Below, piece by piece: positions 60,493 through 64,000 of a stretch of DNA of 64,000 nt. Under the pieces are notes generated by a model, which was not told the DNA's origin, made no database searches, and saw nothing but the letters and a program-made list of their open reading frames with translations. Made by a program: the position numbers and the translations under genes. Source of the DNA: an uncultured Alphaproteobacteria bacterium (GTDB taxonomy: Bacteria > Pseudomonadota > Alphaproteobacteria > Sphingomonadales > Sphingomonadaceae); contig CAWHHN010000002.1 in assembly GCA_963829325.1 (NCBI GenBank), forward strand, positions 272,772 through 336,771, written 5' to 3'. How positions within the stretch are numbered: the first letter of the stretch is position 1; every line of letters starts with the position of its first letter.

Positions 60493-62727
60493 ATGAGGAA
60501 TTGGATCGCGCGGCTCGGTTTCGGGCTGCTCGTACTGCTGCTTGCCGGCTTCGTAGGCCTGGCGGTGTGGGAGCCGTTCTGGGCCGAGCGCGAGGATGTG
60601 CGTCCCGCCGATCGCGCCTATGCGGCGCAGATCACTCGCGACGAATTCGGCGTGCCGCATATCTGGGGCGATACCGATGCCGATGTCGCCTACGGGGTGG
60701 CGGTGGCGCATGCGGAGGACGATTTCGCCACGCTGCAGGATGTCGTCGCGATGAGCCGCGGGCGCTACGGCGCGATCGCCGGTCAGGAAGGCGCGGCGAT
60801 CGATTACGTCTATCACCTGCTCGACGCACGCGGCACCGCCGAGCGGCATTACCCCGAACTGCCGGCCGACACGCGGGCGCTGTTCGAAGCCTATGCCGCC
60901 GGCCTCAACGACTTTGCCGAGGCGCATCCGGACGAAATCAAGCTCGGCAATCTCTTCCCGGTCGACGGGCTCGACGTGGCTGCGGGCTTCGCGCTGCGCC
61001 AGCCGTTCTTCTTCGGGCTCGGCAACGTCATCGAACCGCTGGTCAAGGGCGAGGAATTGCGTCCCGAATACGGACCCGCCATCCCCGCCGCGAACCGCCA
61101 GCCGCGCCGCGCCACCGAGCCGGCCGAGGTGCTCCGCGCCGCAAGCCGGGCCCCCGCCCCGCCGCTGCCGTGGGGCGAGGACGGCGCGCTGTCGGGTTCC
61201 AACGCCTTCGCCATCGCGCCGAAGAAATCGGGCGACGGCGTCACCCGCCTGGTGTCCAACAGCCACCAACCCTGGCGCGGCGGCGTTGCCTGGTACGAAC
61301 TCGTGGTCGAGAGCGGCGAAGGCTGGCACTTCGCCGGCGCGAACTTCCCCGGCAGCCCCTACCCCTTCCTCGGCCACAACGAGCATCTCGGCTGGACCAA
61401 CACGGTCAACACACCCGACATGATCGACGTCTACCAGCTGGTGATGGACGACAGCGGCACCCGCTACCGGATCGGCGACCGCTGGTTCGACCTCGAACAG
61501 GAAACCGTCACCCTGCCCGTCCGCATCGGGCCGGTGGTGCTGCCGATCCGCCGCGACGTCTATCGCAGCGTGCACGGCCCGGTGATCCGCAACGACAAGG
61601 GCTATTTCGCCATCCGCTATGGCGGGATCGACGATCTCGGCCAGCTCGATGCCTATTACCGGCTCAACAAGTCCGAGACTCTCGACGAATGGCAGGCGGT
61701 CCTCGCGCGGATGGACATTCCCTCGACCAATTTCATCTACGGCGACGAGAAGGGCAATATCGCCTATGTCTACAACGCCGCCCTCCCCGACCGGGCGCGC
61801 GGCTACGACTGGCGCGGGATACTGCCCGGAGACGATCCGCGCGCGATCTGGAGCGGACCGGTCGCCTATGAGGCGCTGCCCCGCTACGTCAATCCGGCGA
61901 GCGGCTGGCTCTACAATTCGAACAACACCCCCTACACCGCGGCCGGCGCCGAAAGCGATCTGTCGCCCGGGGATTTCGCCCCCGAACTGGGCATCGAGAT
62001 CAAGCAGACCAACCGTTCACGGCGCGCCTGGAAGCTGATGAGCCAGCCGGGCCCGATCGACCGCGAACGGCTCGAGGAAATCAAATATGACACCGCCTAT
62101 GAACGATCCGGCTATATCGCCGATCTGTGGGGCGATCTGGCGCGGCTCGACCTGCCGCCCGGTTCCGATCTCGGCCGCGCGCGCGACCTGCTGCTGGAGT
62201 GGGATTTTACCGCCGACGGGGTCGGGCGCGGCGATGCGCTGGCGCTGCTGATGATCAAGGACTTCATGTCCGCCACCTACCAGAACAAGCCCCTGCCCGA
62301 CGTCCGCGACAAGCTCGCCTGGGCGGTCGACCATCTCGAGCGCCACTTCGGCCGGATCGACCCGCCGATGGGCGCACTGCTGCGCCTGCGTCAGGGACCG
62401 GGGCCGTTCAGCGTCGATCTCCCGCTCGACGGCGGCTCCGACACGCTGCGCGCCGCGACCACCTGGGACATCGCCGAGGACGGCCGGCTGTCGGTCCGCC
62501 ACGGCGACAGCTTCATCCAGTTCGTCGAATGGGAACCGGGTAGAAGGGTGCGGTCGCAGTCGATCCAGCCGTTCGGCGCAGCGACCACCCGGCCACGCTC
62601 GCCGCATTACACCGATCAGGCATCGCTGTTCGTCCAGCATCGCTTGAAGCCAGTCCACTTCTGGCGCGAAGATGTGCTTGCGAATGCCAAGCGCCGCTAT
62701 ACCGTGCGCCACGAAGCTACGCGCTAA
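60493..62727 (+). CDS. Penicillin/AHL acylase family Ntn-hydrolase (peptidase S45)
   Basis: ITRDEFGVPHI, beta-subunit N-terminus GSNAFAI, SNSHQPW, GWTNTVN, YNSNNTP; N-terminal TM/signal. Confidence 0.9.
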   Translation: MRNWIARLGFGLLVLLLAGFVGLAVWEPFWAEREDVRPADRAYAAQITRDEFGVPHIWGDTDADVAYGVAVAHAEDDFATLQDVVAMSRGRYGAIAGQEGAAIDYVYHLLDARGTAERHYPELPADTRALFEAYAAGLNDFAEAHPDEIKLGNLFPVDGLDVAAGFALRQPFFFGLGNVIEPLVKGEELRPEYGPAIPAANRQPRRATEPAEVLRAASRAPAPPLPWGEDGALSGSNAFAIAPKKSGDGVTRLVSNSHQPWRGGVAWYELVVESGEGWHFAGANFPGSPYPFLGHNEHLGWTNTVNTPDMIDVYQLVMDDSGTRYRIGDRWFDLEQETVTLPVRIGPVVLPIRRDVYRSVHGPVIRNDKGYFAIRYGGIDDLGQLDAYYRLNKSETLDEWQAVLARMDIPSTNFIYGDEKGNIAYVYNAALPDRARGYDWRGILPGDDPRAIWSGPVAYEALPRYVNPASGWLYNSNNTPYTAAGAESDLSPGDFAPELGIEIKQTNRSRRAWKLMSQPGPIDRERLEEIKYDTAYERSGYIADLWGDLARLDLPPGSDLGRARDLLLEWDFTADGVGRGDALALLMIKDFMSATYQNKPLPDVRDKLAWAVDHLERHFGRIDPPMGALLRLRQGPGPFSVDLPLDGGSDTLRAATTWDIAEDGRLSVRHGDSFIQFVEWEPGRRVRSQSIQPFGAATTRPRSPHYTDQASLFVQHRLKPVHFWREDVLANAKRRYTVRHEATR

Positions 62728-62739
62728 CAGGAGCCCTCC

Positions 62740-64000
62740 ATGCGTCGCCATCTTCTCACCGGCCTTGCCGCAATTTCTCTCACCGGCTGCAGCACCTTGC
62801 CTTCGGCGGATGTCAGCCGGACCGATATCGCGCAGGCCCCCGCGGCGCCCGACGCATCGTCGCTGTCCGCGCTCGTCGACCAGGTCGACATCCCCTACGA
62901 GCAGTTCACGCTCGACAACGGCCTTACGGTGCTCGTCCATACCGACCGCAAGGCGCCGATCGTCGGGGTGACGACCTATTATCGTGTCGGTTCGAAGAAC
63001 GAACCGCGCGGCCGCACGGGCTTTGCGCATCTGTTCGAGCATCTGATGTTCGGCGGCAGCGAGAACGTCGAGAATTTCGACATTCCGCTCGAAGCCGCGG
63101 GTTCGACCAGCACCAACGGCTCGACCGATTTCGATCGCACCAATTACGTCGAGGTGGTCCCCACCGGCGCGCTCGATTTGGCGCTGATGATGGAAAGCGA
63201 TCGCATGGGCTATCTGCTCGGCGCGGTCACGCAGGACAAGCTCGACAAGCAGCGCGGGGTGGTGCAGAACGAGAAGCGCCAGGGCGACAATCAGCCCTAT
63301 GGCCTCACCTTCTACGCGCTGCTCGAAGGCATTTTCCCCGTCGGCCACCCCTATCGCCACTCGACCATCGGTTCGATGGCCGATCTCGATGCCGCGAGCC
63401 TCGCCGACGTACGGCAGTGGTTCGTCAACAATTACGGCCCCAACAACGTCGTCCTCTCGCTTACCGGCGATATCGACGCGGCGACTGCGCGGCCGATGGT
63501 CGAACGCTGGTTCGGTGCCATTCCCCGTGGCCCCGAAGTCACCCCGGTGCAGGCCGCTCCGGTCACGCTGCCGACCGACAAGGCGCGCGAGATCGTCGAT
63601 CAGGTGCCGCAGACCCGGGTCTATCGCGTATGGAGCGGCCCCGGGCTCAACCAGGCCGACGCGATTCCGCTGACGCTGGGCATGAGCGTGCTGGGCGGGC
63701 TGGCCAGTTCGCGGCTCGACAACGTGCTGGTGCGCGACGAACAGCTCGCCACCAGCGTCAGCGCGTTCAACTGGCAATCGGAACAGGTCGCGTTGCTGGT
63801 CGCGCAGATGGACATCAAGCCGGGGGTCGACCGTGCGACGGCGGAACGGCGGCTCGATCAGGTGATCGCGGAAATGATCGCCGAAGGGCCCAGCGCCGAC
63901 GAGCTCGAACGCGCCGCGACCAGCATGGTCTCGAACGAGATCGACGGGCTCGAACGCGTCGGCGGCTTCGGCGGCAAGGGCAGCACGCTCGCCGAAGGGC
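62740..64000 (+). CDS. M16 (pitrilysin/PqqL-like) zinc metallopeptidase, lipoprotein, truncated by window end
   Basis: Manual translation: MRRHLLTGLAAISLTGC lipobox; LDNGLTV, GSKNEPRGRTGFAHLFEHLMF, VQNEKRQ. Confidence 0.93.
   Translation, partial: MRRHLLTGLAAISLTGCSTLPSADVSRTDIAQAPAAPDASSLSALVDQVDIPYEQFTLDNGLTVLVHTDRKAPIVGVTTYYRVGSKNEPRGRTGFAHLFEHLMFGGSENVENFDIPLEAAGSTSTNGSTDFDRTNYVEVVPTGALDLALMMESDRMGYLLGAVTQDKLDKQRGVVQNEKRQGDNQPYGLTFYALLEGIFPVGHPYRHSTIGSMADLDAASLADVRQWFVNNYGPNNVVLSLTGDIDAATARPMVERWFGAIPRGPEVTPVQAAPVTLPTDKAREIVDQVPQTRVYRVWSGPGLNQADAIPLTLGMSVLGGLASSRLDNVLVRDEQLATSVSAFNWQSEQVALLVAQMDIKPGVDRATAERRLDQVIAEMIAEGPSADELERAATSMVSNEIDGLERVGGFGGKGSTLAEG

Overview
High-GC alphaproteobacterial chromosome segment, most consistent with Sphingomonadales/Erythrobacteraceae. 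It is mostly core genes: map, an M17 peptidase, argC, glnB-glnA, ate-tamA-tamB, ilvA, tatABC, scpAB, nagZ, a SPOR protein, argS, ispH-thrB-rnhA, a Tad/Cpa pilus cluster lacking cpaF and pilin, a MarR/beta-oxidation cluster, clpB, a HerA-like ATPase, an Ntn acylase and an M16 peptidase. I saw no rRNA, tRNA, CRISPR, IS element or prophage. The most interesting part is a ~13.5 kb convergent island (42291-55795) bracketed by two Cys- and Asp-rich TonB-dependent receptors. It encloses a TPR-2OG-Fe(II) oxygenase, a TPR-sulfotransferase, two small secreted two-Cys proteins and a periplasmic S9 peptidase, and may be an uncharacterised peptide/protein modification and uptake system. Other points: a perfect CtrA box upstream of ate-tamAB, a probable non-canonical (CTG/ATT) tamA start, an EcfG promoter in front of an RcnB-like/fasciclin operon, an orphan GH24 lysozyme, a structured TBDR leader, and a dense cluster of frameshifts (~57100-59180) breaking clpB and the HerA-like gene, most likely a local sequencing artefact.
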